This document shows, piece after piece, positions 37,961-51,588 of a stretch of DNA of 64,000 bases (position 1 is its first letter; each line of letters begins with the position of its first letter). Made by a program: the position numbers and the translations under genes. This stretch comes from Negaprion brevirostris (taxonomy: Eukaryota): NCBI GenBank assembly GCA_030324005.1, contig JARDVH010000042.1, positions 68,079,997 through 68,143,996 on the forward strand, in the 5' to 3' direction. The notes under the pieces were generated by a model, which saw nothing but the letters and a program-made list of their open reading frames with translations, searched no databases and was not told the origin of the DNA.

Positions 37961-39249
37961 ACATGTCTGGACCAATATGGCCTGCACATACTGAAACTGG
38001 GGCAGCCTCTGAATTTTGTGATTGAAGCCTCCAGTGACCATGGGCCCTGGAAGAACAGCAATGGGTGGTGGAGTACCTGTCAGATGGATCTTTCAGCTTC
38101 AGTGTCTTCCAGCAACTCCAGCTTCAGCTGAGAGATCCAACTCCTTTCTTCAGTGGTGGGTCAGTGATGTCCGAATGCCTTTTAAAGATGGCATCTGGAT
38201 ATGATGGTGGGGAGGAAGTCACCCAGCCCACCCTACTGCATGAAACATCTGGAAAACCTCAACTGCACAATTAAAGATGCTGGATCACCATATACCGTGG
38301 GATTTCACATCAGACTCTGCAACAGGAAACACTCCCTGTCCCCAACCTCATCATGGCATTTATTGTGCTCATAATCTTTCCAACCTTTCCTTTCTTTCCT
38401 TTCACTCAATTCTGTTCCATGGATCATTGTTTAGCGTTCACTTACTTGACATCTGAAGTAGTAAAGCTGAATTTTCTATGACTTATATGAAAGATATTAA
38501 AGAAGATTATTATGCTCTTCGTGCTTCATACAATTCACTGTTGCTTGTAAGTTGCCTCTAATAGGTGAGAAATGGCAAGCTATCTCTCAACAGTTGGAGA
38601 ACCTGCTAATGTTAAGGTGGCTTTGATGTAACAGTAAATGGTTTGGATAATCTATCCTGCTGAAAAATCTTCTCTTACAAACTATTGATTTTCTTCTCCC
38701 AGCTGGAGGTACCTGGAATGCACTTACCAGTCTGTTTACTGCTCATGCAGTTTAAATGCTTGGTTTCATGTTGTCTAATGGAATTAGCTAACCTTGTAAG
38801 CATTTAACTGAGAAAACTGAATGCAGACCTCATTTCAGTGACAAGCAAAGTATAAAGGATGCAATATGTCATCATGAAGTACAGGGCTACATTTTAACGT
38901 TCCAATTTCTGATGTTGCAGAGAATGAACAAATTACATTTTATTTCAAGCCATTAGAATATACAGGATATGGCTTTGGAAATCCCATCTCTTTTTTTTTA
39001 AAGGTAAGATATGTTAACACTGGGAATCAGAACACTCTCATGTTTTCAGCATCTAGAGTTAGCAGAAAGCAGTGCTAGGATCGCCACAGTTAGATACAAA
39101 GTAAAGCTCCCACTGCTTTGTGCCAACAGTCATCCACTGTGATTGAGTTTGAGCCAAATTAGGTGCAGTTTTGTGCTGTGGATATATCCTGCCCTCCACC
39201 CCTCCTCACCACCACTGTTCCACAAACTGGGTTTGTGATTCCTCAAGTA

Positions 39250-39345
39250 CAAATAAGTGCTGGAAACACTCAACAGGTCAGGCAACATCTGTGGTTGGTG
39301 AATCGGAATTAATGTTTCAGTTTAGTAACCTTACATCAGAATGGT
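39250..39345 (-). mobile_element. Penelope-like terminus
   Basis: GCTGGAAACACTCAACAGGTCAGGCAACATCTGTGG; minus strand CTGATG...GAAA. Confidence 0.7.
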
Positions 39346-39364
39346 TTTTGGATGTTGTCACAGG

Positions 39365-40190
39365 GGGCAGTGAGTAGATGACAAATAGGAGGGAGCCAAA
39401 GATAGATTCTTGGAGGGGACAATGAAGGGGCAGAATGGGAAGCCATTGCAGGTGATTCTCTGTCCATAGTTTGATATATTAGACCAGAAGTAAGAAAGGA
39501 CACTCCGACTAAGCCGTATACCGGAGTGTTGGAGGAACACAGTATAGTCCATTGGGTCAAAGACCACAGAGACTTACATTAGGTACAAGAGACAGGCTGA
39601 GAAGAATGACCTTCACATATACAAAGAATATCATATGTATCTTTGATCGAGGCTGTTTCAATATTGTGGCTTGGCTAGAAACCTGATTGGAGTAATTCAA
39701 TCAGAATTGCAGGAGAGGTGAGCACTGATTTGGGAGGTAAAAACATGCCCAAGGACTTTAAGGAGAAAGGGAGGGAGGTATCAGCAAAAACAGAGGGGTC
39801 AAGGATAAGTTTTTTGAGCACAATTTTTGGTGGCAGATTTGAAGGAGTGGGGTGGGGACAGGTGGTTAGTGGGGAAAATACCTGAAAAGAGAGAACTTTT
39901 AAAAATATCAGCTAACATGGGGCCCCGAACAGAAAGTTGAGAGGCCAATTGTTGGTTGGAATGGGATCTAGAAGGCAAGAGTTGGATTTCATGGACAAGA
40001 TGAGGTTGGCATGAACAGGGCAGGAACTGAGATGGATTTTAGAGAAAGCTGTAAATTCAGGATTACAGGGCAGTGTTGAACATTAGGGTTAAATTTGATC
40101 TGGAAAAGGAAGGAAGTAGCAGAGGCAGCTGAATGGATTGTCTCAATCATTATGGCAATAAAGTTAATGAGTTCCTTGCACTTATTGTTG
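39365..40190 (-). mobile_element. Decayed L2 LINE RT fragment
   Basis: QSGF..SH..ETA.IK and FDPMDYTVFLQ patterns on minus strand. Confidence 0.8.
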
Positions 40191-40520
40191 AATAATGCAA
40201 TAACCATTTTTGTTTCCATCTTAAGCTATTGTTAAAAGTTATTCACTGAAGGCCTCAGGCCCATGCATCAGATTTTCAGGGTCAGCACACATTACCGTAA
40301 GGTGCACTCTATAGAGGAATGTCAGGTGGAGAAGATAGCATGAACATAATGGGGCCCACCCAAATTCGCATTCTTCAACTAGCTGAATATTTATGATCAT
40401 TTGCAAAAGAGAAAGCTTTGCCCCATGTGATGTTACTACATGGTTCTGCAAACTAAAGATAAAATAATGTTGCAACTCAAGCTTAAGACAACTTAACACT
40501 GTGTGTTTCAGTTCCTATGT

Positions 40521-40587
40521 TGTAAAACACATCCTGTGCAAAACACATCCTGTGTAAAACACATCGGGTGCAAAACATGTCCTGTGC
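40521..40587. repeat. Minisatellite, 4 x 16 bp (TGYAAAACACATCCTG)
   Basis: Units at 40521, 40537, 40553, 40569. Confidence 0.92.
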
Positions 40588-43302
40588 TACTGTTGTGACA
40601 CAGAGTCTCTGACACATGAAGGTGTGTAGTATTGTTCAATCTTTGCAGTTGCCCCCGGGGTCAATTATAACAAGGTCACACCTTGTATGGAAGAAGAGTA
40701 CTCTTGTATGTAAAAGTGTGCACATTTTGCCAATTTTCAAGACGTGGATTTTTTCCCACATTCATCCATTCAATCTAGCAGCACTGACTCTTTGGATGGT
40801 CTCAGTGCAGGCAGCTTGAGCATCTGGTTTCAGGGAAGAGGAGGGACGGTGACCTTTTGACCTGAAAAGCAAAACTCTTGTTTGTCAGACCTCCCTTGTC
40901 AGCATCTCCAAGAGTACTGACCTCTTCCCCCCAGCCATCATCTCAGAAATGCTTACAATGGCCTGCAGCTTCAAAGTCTTGCCAAGAGGTGTCTCCCTTT
41001 AAAAGCTGCTGCCTGGTTTGATTTTCCAAATTGGCAGCTAACCAACATTTAGACCTTAATACTTGCACACATTATATTGTCCAAACACATGTAGGTTAGA
41101 AGTATTACCAAGAGTTACAGCCAAGCTTGTCAGATATGTATGATTTAAAATAATGTTACAAAAAAATTTGCAACATTGGAAGTGAAGTGTGACTTATGAA
41201 TAGGAAGTGGGTCCTCCCTGCAGATTTTTTAAAACAATATTATAGACTGCAATGGAGAAACAATTAATGTTCCTGATGATCAGTAAACAAAAACTTAATT
41301 TGGGGGAATGAGACAAACTCGGATTCACACTACTGTCGACTGAGACCACATGATTGAAAAATTTGTCTTTGGTGATACATAATAGTAAATGATATTGAAA
41401 TCATGTTCAACTTTGGTGGGCCAAGTAAACTGGTTCGAGTTTACAGGGAGGGGTTTGGGGAAGGTGTGGAAATCATAAACCAAACTTTAATGGGAAAATT
41501 GAGGGTAATCCAACACTACAAATTCTCACATGTGAGCTCACAGGATAGAGCAAAAGAAAACCTGCAGAGGTGGTTTTTTAAGAATGTCTACAATATAGAA
41601 GGAGGCCATTTGGCCCATCAAATCTATACTGACCACAATTCCACCCAGACTCTATTCCCGTAACCCCAGATATTTGATCTTTGCTGGACAAGATATGGAA
41701 CTGATCTTGACATAATAAGCAGTTTTGGCCATGGAGCGGGAACAATGTTACAATTTAAAATGTTCAAGCGACATGTGATGGTGGAGTGCATGATCAGCAT
41801 GATTATCAAACTTACAGCCCAATGGTTTTGGGAAAAACAGCTGTTATTGTGGTTCTGGCTTTCTGTTGTTTTTCTCCCTTTGGGTCAATTACTTTAACGA
41901 CATACTTTTTAAAAATCCTCCCAAACTGTATGTTCTTGCCAAGATCATTTCATTACAATTAATATTGCGACACTAATGAAAGGAAAAAAATGATTTACAT
42001 CAATGTAAAACTACGACCCCAGAATCCCAGGGTTTGTATTCTGGCCTTCACCTCTGAACCTAAAGTTTGTGGGAATGGGGGGGTCTACAAGGGTTTAATT
42101 TGGGCCACTGGGAAATTTGTACAATCCCACTTTATTTATTTTTTGGTCTATTTACTAATGTATAAGTAATCTAGATGCCTTCCACAGGTCAGTACACGTA
42201 CGGGATATAACCCAGCAAAGGCAGTGAGAGGCTGTCAGTTGCTGCCTCAGAGTGGATCTTTGGTTGCCCCTGCTGCTTCTTTATCAAAGAGATTACATTA
42301 AAAATGAAAGAAAGTATTTGTTAGATCTCAGAGTTTCCAGGTCTCAAAGCCAGACTCAAACCTAAGCCTGATTGCTGTCTGTGTTGGTTTGACTGATTGG
42401 GCCTGATTTATTTGTGCTGATTAAACACAGTGCCAAAGAAGGCCTGTGGTTCAGGAACAATGACTTCAATCCTCTTGTTCTTTACCATTGGTGACCTTAA
42501 TGGGGTGGGCAAAAGCTCCATCCCACATTTCAGAAACATGTCTGGATTCTGTTGGGAGAGCCGTCACTTTAGTGTGTGGGTGTGTGTGTTGAAATGATTT
42601 TGAAACTCCCAAATCAATATCTACATTTTATATTCCATTACTTATTACCTATTACAACTTCAAACCAATTTTTAAAAAATAAACAGGCTCGTTGAATCTG
42701 TTAGAGGCGAGAAAAAGTATAGACAGATGGATAGAGATTCCTAAGTTAAACCTTTTCAGACCTCATTGGAAATTAGCACTGCCATGTTGCTGGGAAGCTG
42801 ATAAATATGCCAAGAAACTATAAAACATGTCTTTGTTATCAGGATCTATCACTTCCTCTTTCCAAAGGTTCAGCAGACCCACTGATTGCTGTCGCATCGA
42901 CATCTGACATTGGAATCAAATACTTCTATAAACAGGAAGGTTTTTTTAAAAAAAAGATGGATATAATTAATTTAAGTCCTTGATCAGGAAGTGGTAGTGG
43001 CTGAAATAGCTAACTTTCACTTATTTGTGCACTGGAGTGCTGAATGGATAACTGATTAGTGTGTCTAATCCGATTAATGCCCCATGTGGATTTTATTGTA
43101 CGTGGCACAGTGCTGTGAGAAGAGAGTTTTACTGACAACAGAAGAGTTGGAGATTCAATTCAGAAACTCTCATTAGTTCTGCATCTGCTAGCTACTCAGC
43201 AATCCTTCCCCTTGAAGCAACCAGTTCATTTTTTTTCTCCAATTTTAAAATGCTTCTTCTGTTACTTTTATTTTAACAATGTTTTTTTTTGCATCTTGAC
43301 AG

Positions 43303-43314
43303 CCTGCCAAGCCT
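43303..43314 (+). other. Strong 3' splice-site-like signal; candidate 12-nt microexon or start of a longer exon
   Basis: 76-nt AG-free pyrimidine-rich zone 43225-43300, TTTTAAC, TGC at 43290, CAG|CCTGCCAAGCCT|GTAAAT. Confidence 0.25.
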
Positions 43315-45851
43315 GTAAATTCAAAACATGAACCATCTGATCTGCTTAAGTTGCATTTTAAAAGAAAAATTCTGCCCTCCCACGTTTATCAGCTGTGTTT
43401 ACCCTGTCATCTTCGCTGCCAAAAGATGTAATGCGCACATTACTATCTCACCGTGTCTTCACCCAAGAAAATTAGATAGATCCAGAAAAAAAAAATCTAT
43501 TTGTAAATGTATGTAGTAGCGCTGGCATTTCATCTTTCATCACCGAAAGATCAGCCAAGTTCCCTCAATCCACATGAGTCTTCTCTTGTAGTGTGATTAG
43601 CTTTTTCACTCAGCAATCCTGAGCTCATGGAAGAAATGCTGAAATTTGTGATTAAGGTTTTAAGCAAAGATGTTTTGTACAGTTATTGGCTTCCTCTGTT
43701 CATGCTGAGCCCTGCTCGGCCTCCTGGTTATCTTTACTCGCCTTATGTTAATGTGCTAACTCCCAGGAAATGTTTGATGTTACTGTTTTTGATCAAAGCA
43801 TGACAAAAACAGAGTAAATGTTGTCTTAAAATATTGGGAAAAAATGATATTTATCAATTACTTTCCTTACATTAGCACCCATAATGTGAAAATGGGATGA
43901 CGTTTTATCATTTCTATTTGACACAAGTTATTGAGGATGCTTGTGCTCTAAGATAAATGCAACAGGAAGTATGTACTATATTTTTGAAGAGGACATCATC
44001 AAGCTTATAATACATTTTTGAAACATGCTGCTTTTGAATTTCTGATGGAAGGCATTGGTTCCAATATTCGTCAAGGAGAGTGGGAGGAGGTCAAAAATGG
44101 TCCAATAATCCCTCACGACTGGGATGGAGAGATCTTAGTAAAATTAATAGTGGCACTTCATTAACATTTTTGCCCATTTCCTGCCTGGTAGCTGGGCAAT
44201 TTCACAGCCTAGCTGACAGCTGGGAGGAAAGAGGACGCTGTTGCCAGGCACCTCAGAGAAGGTTGCTTGGAATTGGAGGGAAGAACGTTGCACTTAGGAG
44301 TGGAAGGTGGGCATTCATGGTGGGAATGCGAGAGTCTATGATCAGAGGGAAAGGCCATGTTGATACCTCTTTAAATAGCAGCCCTAGTTGTAAGCTATTA
44401 TAAAGGTAATCAATAATTTAGTTAAACATATTATTAAAATAAATTTACAGTAGTTTCAGGAGCTGCAAGTGATTGCTGCTTATGGGATCACACAGAAAAA
44501 AAGAGAAAACAAAGGAATCATCTGATGACTCACATGATAAATCCCATGATGATGATTCAGAAGCTATGTAATTGCAGCCATCATGCATCACAAAGCGAAA
44601 GCTTCCTTGAGGAATTGGGGTGAGCACTGCTGCTCCTTCAAGGAGTGCCTTATGGAGCCAACAGCTCCTGCTTACCTTTCACTGTCAGATTTCCTGACCC
44701 CTGAGAATCCAGCTGCAGCAGTAATATTTAAATTGGACTCCCAATTGCACTGTAAGTGTCTGTCTTAAATATGTAAATAAAGTCCCACACCACTCCGTGG
44801 TGGAACACTTGAATGCCCTGTATCATATCCAGTACAGGCATGAAAACATTACAAATTATAGAGCTTCATTTTGTTCTAAAAATGAATACCAAAAGCTTTT
44901 CAAAATGGCTGTAGCATACCATGTGACTTCTTTGGCATTTGCACTACGGCCAACACTTGATTAAATATGGACCTGAGTGAAGGAATCTCACAGTTACTTG
45001 TGAATTTCACACATCTCATTGTTCAAGAATGGACCAAAACCTATAGACCAGGCTTGTCCATTCTTTTCTCTCGGGGGCCACGTTTGCAACTTATTCAAGG
45101 GCTGATGAACAAACTTTGGAAAGATAACATTTGACATAAAAATAAACTGAGGGGGCAACTCTCCTGGGCTACAAGCCCCAGCCAGCCTTCCCAATGAATT
45201 GGGTGTGAGGGTCAGATTGGGATTCTCACCAGGCATCAAACTTGTTGCGAATCTCCCAGCTCACTGCACCTGGCCAGATCAGGTTCTCATCCAAAGCAGG
45301 TGAGGACCGATTTACAACTGCTTTAACTAAATTTTAATGCAACCAGCCTGATTCAACAGCCTCCTGAGATGCTTCACTGCCCCAAGTAGGAAGTTTCCTT
45401 GGGCGCCAATCAATTTTGGACCTTTGATCAGAGACCAAGTGCTGTGGTCTCTGAGGGAAGGGGGTAAGGAAATAAGTACTGCCTTCAACTGTGTCCAGGG
45501 GCTCCTCTGCTGCTGACAGGCATCAGAGAGGGGGAACCCTCAAGGGCCCTGGGAGCAGGAGATACTCCAGCTGGAGGGAAAGGGTTGATGTCAACCTTGG
45601 GTTGGGGATCTCATGCCAGGACTTCTCTTTGTAGCCCTGGAAAACATGAAAACCACTCTTATGATAGTGATTTCAGGCACCTTTATGGAAACATCTTTAT
45701 TATTGTCTGTGATCAGTGAAATCTTTGGAGTGGCCTGTTTTCATTAAAATCCATGGCCCCTGAAGATCTGAAAGCCTTCAAAATCACAGCAGCACTCTAC
45801 CAAAGAGATTGCCTTTGTGTTATAATTCAAGTCAGAAACTCCAAAGTATTT

Positions 45852-46612
45852 TATGATGTCTGCTTGGCTGTTAAGTTTTGCAATTTGAATTTGGCTAGGA
45901 TAAGCATGAGATGTTTCACTTCAAGTATGATTCAAATGACCCACTAGTAAGCTTTTATCAAACAAAGTTTATCTCAGAATATTCTTAACATATATAGTAA
46001 GGATATTAGCAATAACTTCTGTCAATTACCAGCAACACAAAACAACCATGATAATGTATAACCCTTAGTAAATATATACTATGTTAAAATTAAACCAATC
46101 CCATAAACACCCCTTTTCACAGGTTTAACACAGCAAACACTAATGCTGACATGATACTGGAACTGAGTCCTTTGGATGAATGCTACAGGTCTCCTGATAC
46201 ATTCAGAGAAGTTTGAAGTCAGAACAGCTTCCCAGAACACCAGTGAGACTCTCTGGTCAAACCACCAACAGCAGATTTTCTACTCCAGTAAGGCTTTTAG
46301 CTAAACAGCAGTTTTCAAAACCACGAAGAGAAAGAGACACTTCTTTCCAGTTTGATGTCCCTTCTAACGTTAAACCCTGCAGCTCAGAACTGAAAATGGA
46401 ACAATTTCTGTCAGCTGATCTACTAACCAGTTTTCCTCTTAACAATGCAGGGTCATAAAACTAATCCTAGAAAGTACCTGAGGTCCCCATTTAAGCCAAC
46501 TAAGGAGCAATCCTTGTCTCCAGAGACAGCCCGATGCCAATGACATCAGCTAAGGCTGTGACCCGCAAAGAGGATGATCTTAAAAAAAAATTTAAGGTAT
46601 ACTAACATCACA
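45852..46612 (-). mobile_element. Solo LTR, family A
   Basis: Inverted termini TATGATGT...ACATCACA; collinear with 48034-48803; no clear TSD. Confidence 0.7.
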
Positions 46613-47860
46613 TAAGTACCAAATGTTTTAATTCCCATTTTTTGCCCGGGCAGCAGGTGCAAGTAGTTCCACTTTCTGCTCCACTGTCTGCAAAGATTAT
46701 GGGAAAAAAAGGTGTTTGAGTAGCCTCAATTCATCAATTTAAAAATTGGATGGCATAGGCCTTGTCAGCACAAAACTGGCACTAATTTGGCATGAAGCTT
46801 GCCTTGGGAATGGGGTTGAAAGGATGTGAGAGATGAGGGTTAGAGAGCCTGAAGTATAACCATAGAACAGAGACAAAGTCCCAGGCTGGAAGCTTACCAC
46901 TGTTCTTGCAGATGGGATTTTCCCATCCTACCACAGTGAATGGATAATTGGCTGGCTGCCAAATTCTCTGATTTCATGGCAGTGGGAGCACAGTGTACAC
47001 AGCAGGTAAGATCGGACCCCCAGAGTACTACGGCAGGCTGGTCTGCCTTGGCACTCCACCATCCCAGTGGGCACCTCCGATCTGTTTCTGGGGGCCAGTT
47101 CTGTCCTGTTCCTGCCTCCCCAGAACAGAAATTAGGTCTGGTAGGCCAACATCTCCTGACTCAAGCTGCCCACTTTGGTAGTGAAATTGAGCCCTTCATC
47201 TGTATATGACTGTGTTATATCTGACCTGGGAGCATTTGTAATTTGTTGAGATCTATTGTCCAGCATCAGCATTAATTACTTTGAGAACCAGAAGAACAAA
47301 TGAAAAATAGTGCGAAGCTCTTTGAAGGAGCAAGCCATTATGAAACTGGGAAATGTTTATTTCTAATAACCCATGACACCATACCAAAATAATAATACTC
47401 TAACAAGTACATTTGAAATGGACCAAGCAAACAAGTGGTGTAGCACATATTAATATTTCAAGCTTCAGTTTCCAGATAGTGGTTTATCTTTCACAAAGTA
47501 TGCTGCTGGATCCAATTTATAACAATCTGAAATAAATACCAGGTCTCACGTATTCCCAGTTCACTGTCCCTAATCCAATGCAATTGATAAGGTACTTGAA
47601 TCACGCAATAATGAATTAAACATTTTGGGCCAGAAATTTGTTTGTCTGACTTCTAGAGATATTAAGCAGACTTGCATTTATTCACTGGGACAGGCGACAC
47701 CATGGCTTCTTAGCAAGTTGTGTAAGTTCCTTTGTTGGGTATTCAGGAAGAGTCAGTAAGCTATTTATTTTAATGAGTTAAGGGTCTTTTAAAACATAGA
47801 CGCTGCATGCAAACACATTAAGCAGTGGGCTACCAGAAGAAATTAAACTCTTCTATTGGT

Positions 47861-47933
47861 AACATAAGAACATAAGAAATAGGAGCAGGAGTAGGCCATC
47901 TAGCCCTTCGAGCCTGCCCCGCCATTCAATAAG
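47861..47933 (-). mobile_element. Young CR1 3' end
   Basis: 73/73 identical to reverse complement of 12932-13004. Confidence 0.92.
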
Positions 47934-48033
47934 NNNNNNNNNNNNNNNNNNNNNNNNNNNNNNNNNNNNNNNNNNNNNNNNNNNNNNNNNNNNNNNNNNN
48001 NNNNNNNNNNNNNNNNNNNNNNNNNNNNNNNNN

Positions 48034-48803
48034 CACTAGGGAGCTTTTATCAAACAAAGTTTATTTAAGAATACAGTTAACATGTATATTAAGAAATTTA
48101 GCAATAACTTTTACTTTACAAACAAGAAAATAAACAACTATAATATTGTATAAATCCTTGACAAATATATGAAATGTTCCAACCAAACAACATTCTTAAA
48201 TAAAACTCTTGCCACAGGTTTAGCACAAAAAGTATAAATTCTCACATGATGCTGGAACTTAGTCCTTTGGTAAAATGCTGCAGTTCTCTTGATGTGTACA
48301 GAGACAAGCTTGAAGTCAGAACAGCTTCCCAAAACACCTGGGGGAGAGAGAGAGAGAGAGAGACTCTAGTTACTAGCTAGCAAACTACCAACAGCAGAAG
48401 TTTCACTCCAGGAAGGCCAGGAGACCTGCGTCCAGCTAGCCAGTAGAATTTATAAAACCAAGGAGTAACAGAGAAAGAGAAAACCTGCCTGTCACTTGAC
48501 AACCAGGGCAGCTTCTAACTCTAAACCAATACTGAAAGTGAATCCTTGGATTCTTCTGGGGAAGAATCACCTGATTTTGACTTGTCAATCAATCTTCCCC
48601 CTCACAATGCACGGTCATAAAAAAAATCCAAGGAAGTACCTGAGTCTCAGAGTAAAAATAAACAAAACCCCATTTAAGCCATTAAAGCAGCAATAAAAGG
48701 ATTTCTAGCAGACAGCTTAGCAACAATGAAACCCAAAGGCCTACTTACTACAGCAGAGAACATGATTTAAAAAAAAATGTCTTGAAGGTATAATAGCAGC
48801 ATA
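48034..48803 (-). mobile_element. Solo LTR, family A (left end in gap)
   Basis: Shares AGCTTTTATCAAACAAAGTTTAT and TTGAAGTCAGAACAGCTTCCCA with 45852-46612. Confidence 0.7.
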
Positions 48804-48855
48804 TTGGATTGATTTCAGAAGGTCCAGGTGTTATGAGATCTCTTCAAAGAGCTTT

Positions 48856-49190
48856 GGGTGACACAGTGATTAATACTGCTGCCTCACAGTGCCAGGGACC
48901 TGCGTTCAATTCCGGCTTCGGGTCACTGTCTGTGCGGAATTTGAATGTTCTTCCTGTGTCTGCATGGGTTTCCTTCAAGCATTCTGGTTTCCTCGCACAC
49001 TCCAAAGATATGTGGGTTAGATTGATTGGTCATGCTAATTTGCTGCTTAGTGTCAGGAGATTAGCAGGGTAAACATGTGGAGTTAACGGGGATACGATCT
49101 GGATGGAATTATTGTTGGTGCATGCTTGATGGGCCGAATGGCCTCTTTCTGTATTGGAGGGTTTCTATGATACTTTCATGATTTCTATGA
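48856..49190 (+). mobile_element. HE1-type V-SINE
   Basis: CTGCTGCCTCACAGTGCCAGGGACC; GATGGGCCGAATGGCCTC; TTCTATGA tail repeats. Confidence 0.9.
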
Positions 49191-49198
49191 GTATCAGG

Positions 49199-50094
49199 TG
49201 TTATGTAGAGGAGGATAATCTCCTATCAGAGAATCAGCACTCAACCACTCAAAGAGAAGTACTGCCCTTTCATAATCTATTAAAGAGTATGTGAAGAATG
49301 GTACGATTTGCCTACAGAAATTTTTAGTGGTTAGATCAAAATCAATACCTGTGACTTTCTCTTTAAAAGAAACAAGTAACACTTTATTTTTCTAACTAAC
49401 AATAAACAGGGTTAACTAAACTATTTGCAACTGAATAAAACACTATTCTAATGTTTAGATAAATACAATTCCTACTTATTAACAAAAAGAAAATAGGATT
49501 TTTAGTCACACTTAAAGTGCAGTCAAGTTTGTCAAATTCTGGAATGTTCTTTCTGCATTGTTGACTTCTCCTGTCTTCCATTGATCTGTCCTGCAGAGAT
49601 GAAATGAAGCTTTCTCTTAAGACATGAAATGTGGCTGTTACATTGGCAGAAAGTTGCTATCTGTCTGTCTGTCTCTCTCTGAGAGAGCTGAGAACAGTGG
49701 CAGTCTGCTGGCTGAGGCAATGGCTGTCTTTCTGACCATTTTGAGCTGGAAGCTTTAGCCTTTATATGCCTGTTGACATACCAAAATTCATTCAATAGGA
49801 TTGATTTAAAGGTTATCAAAAAACATTCTAATTTGACAGACTGCTGTGATTCAAATGCCTATTTTAAATAGATTGGTTAAAATTCAAAAACATGTTCTGA
49901 TTCAAATGCCTAAAGCTTGTTACTAAAGTAACCCTGTTGTTTTTGCCTGATACATTGTTTCAGTCTGTACTGGATTTTTCCACCTGCAGCTCTTTTGTAC
50001 AGTAAAAAACTAAATCATCTTTTAAACAGACAATTTTACAACTCTTAGCATTTTTACAATATTTATAATTTTCACAAACACTAACTTCACAACA
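49199..50094 (-). mobile_element. Solo LTR (896 bp) with 4-bp TSD
   Basis: CAGG|TGTTATG...CACAACA|CAGG; minus-strand TATAAA near 49761 and AATAAA near 49383. Confidence 0.85.
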
Positions 50095-50634
50095 CAGGAG
50101 CTGTCAGTTTCATTAGGGTGACCCCCTCACCTTTTCTCATAAGTTCCAGCTGAAATCCCTTTGAAATGCATTGATGGACAAGAGCATTAAGTTTAACTGG
50201 GGAGACCTCTCTTTCTAGCTTGAATGAGCCCCAGCAACTTTAAAATAACTACTTTGTTTGACATATCAGGAGCAGATCAAAGAAGGGATTAGCTGAGGTC
50301 TGTTTACACAAGGAACTGATGATGGATTAGCTGCTAACAGCTTTTTTGACTGACAGCTTCAGAGCATATCAAAAAGTTCATTGTTAATATAGTCACATCA
50401 TGCTCCATTAAGCCTGTAGTGCTTCCTCTTCTCACTACGCCTTTCAGTCTAGCCCCATTCTTTCTACCACTGCATTTTTTTTTCAAGTCTCCAACTATTC
50501 CTAGAAAGTAGACATACTTTCTAATGCCACTTTTTCCCATTGGCTTCTTATCTTGCCTGCAAAACATCTCACTGAACTCGCAAGCTTCATATTACCATTC
50601 TTTTCTCCTGCTGTTTCTTTTTTTAACTTTGCCA

Positions 50635-50985
50635 GGCTTCAAGATTGGATAGGTTAGGAATTCCATCTTTGAGATAGAGGAGGTTGAGGGAAGATTTAAT
50701 TGAAATATGTAAAATATTCAGGGGATCTTGACAGAGTGGATATGGAAAGATCTATTTCTACAAGCAGCGGAGTCACTAGGGTCACAGCTTAAAAGTCATA
50801 GGGTGAAGGATTAAAGGGGAGTTGAGGGTGTGGGTGGGTTAAGGGCAGAAGGCTTCCAAAACATGTAGCATTTGGTTAACCTGCTAGAAGTGCCATGATC
50901 TACGGGGCTACTGCCAAGGGCTGAAAAATGAATCTCTTTCAGCCAGCAGATATCTGATGGGCTGAATGTTATTATTTTCTATAAA
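50635..50985 (+). mobile_element. Decayed CR1 3' fragment
   Basis: GAGGTTGAGGGAAGATTTAATTGA, TTGACAGAGTGGAT, GATGGGCTGAATG. Confidence 0.75.
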
Positions 50986-51588
50986 TCTGTAACCAGTCTC
51001 CTCATGTTGCCCAATGGGGCCCTCAGAAGGACCATTCCCAAAAGTTAAAAAAGACATCCAAATAATTCTGCCATCGACATGTAAGGTGAGGATGCAGAAT
51101 CTTGTCCATTTGAACATTGTCAAGTTTGACTTTTGTTGTGGCTTCTTTGGATTTGAAACTGTAGCTAGAGTTATGACATTACCATACTCAAACATGCCAG
51201 ACCCTCCATGCCAAGACTGTTAATTGAATCATGAGACTACATGATTTTGCTTTTTCCTTATCAACATTTGCTTCCTTGAACTGTTAATATTTTAATGTAA
51301 TTCATTAGCATTCTGAGACATCATGAAGAGATGTATAATAAGTGCGATGCAAGAACATAAGTCTTTTTATGCTGATTTTCTCATCATATTCAACATCTAT
51401 TAGTGAGATGTTGGGCAGCTGGTCACTAGAAGGAATGCAAGGTGTAGTGTAGTACTGGGGTAACTCTCCTTCTCTGTGTGGGAAGTGTTTACCTTCCAAT
51501 GATTAGATTAGACAGGAAACTCGTGAAGCTTTATACGTTCTAATCTATACCTCCCTATTTTATTGTATTCAAGCTCAAAACTCTAATG

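Noticed and set aside
38704-38709. 6-nt microexon CCCAG|CTGGAG|GTACCT
   Set aside because: Weak donor, short pyrimidine tract, no upstream TGC
40521-40587. CRISPR-like array
   Set aside because: Contiguous tandem units with no spacers, no cas genes, vertebrate DNA
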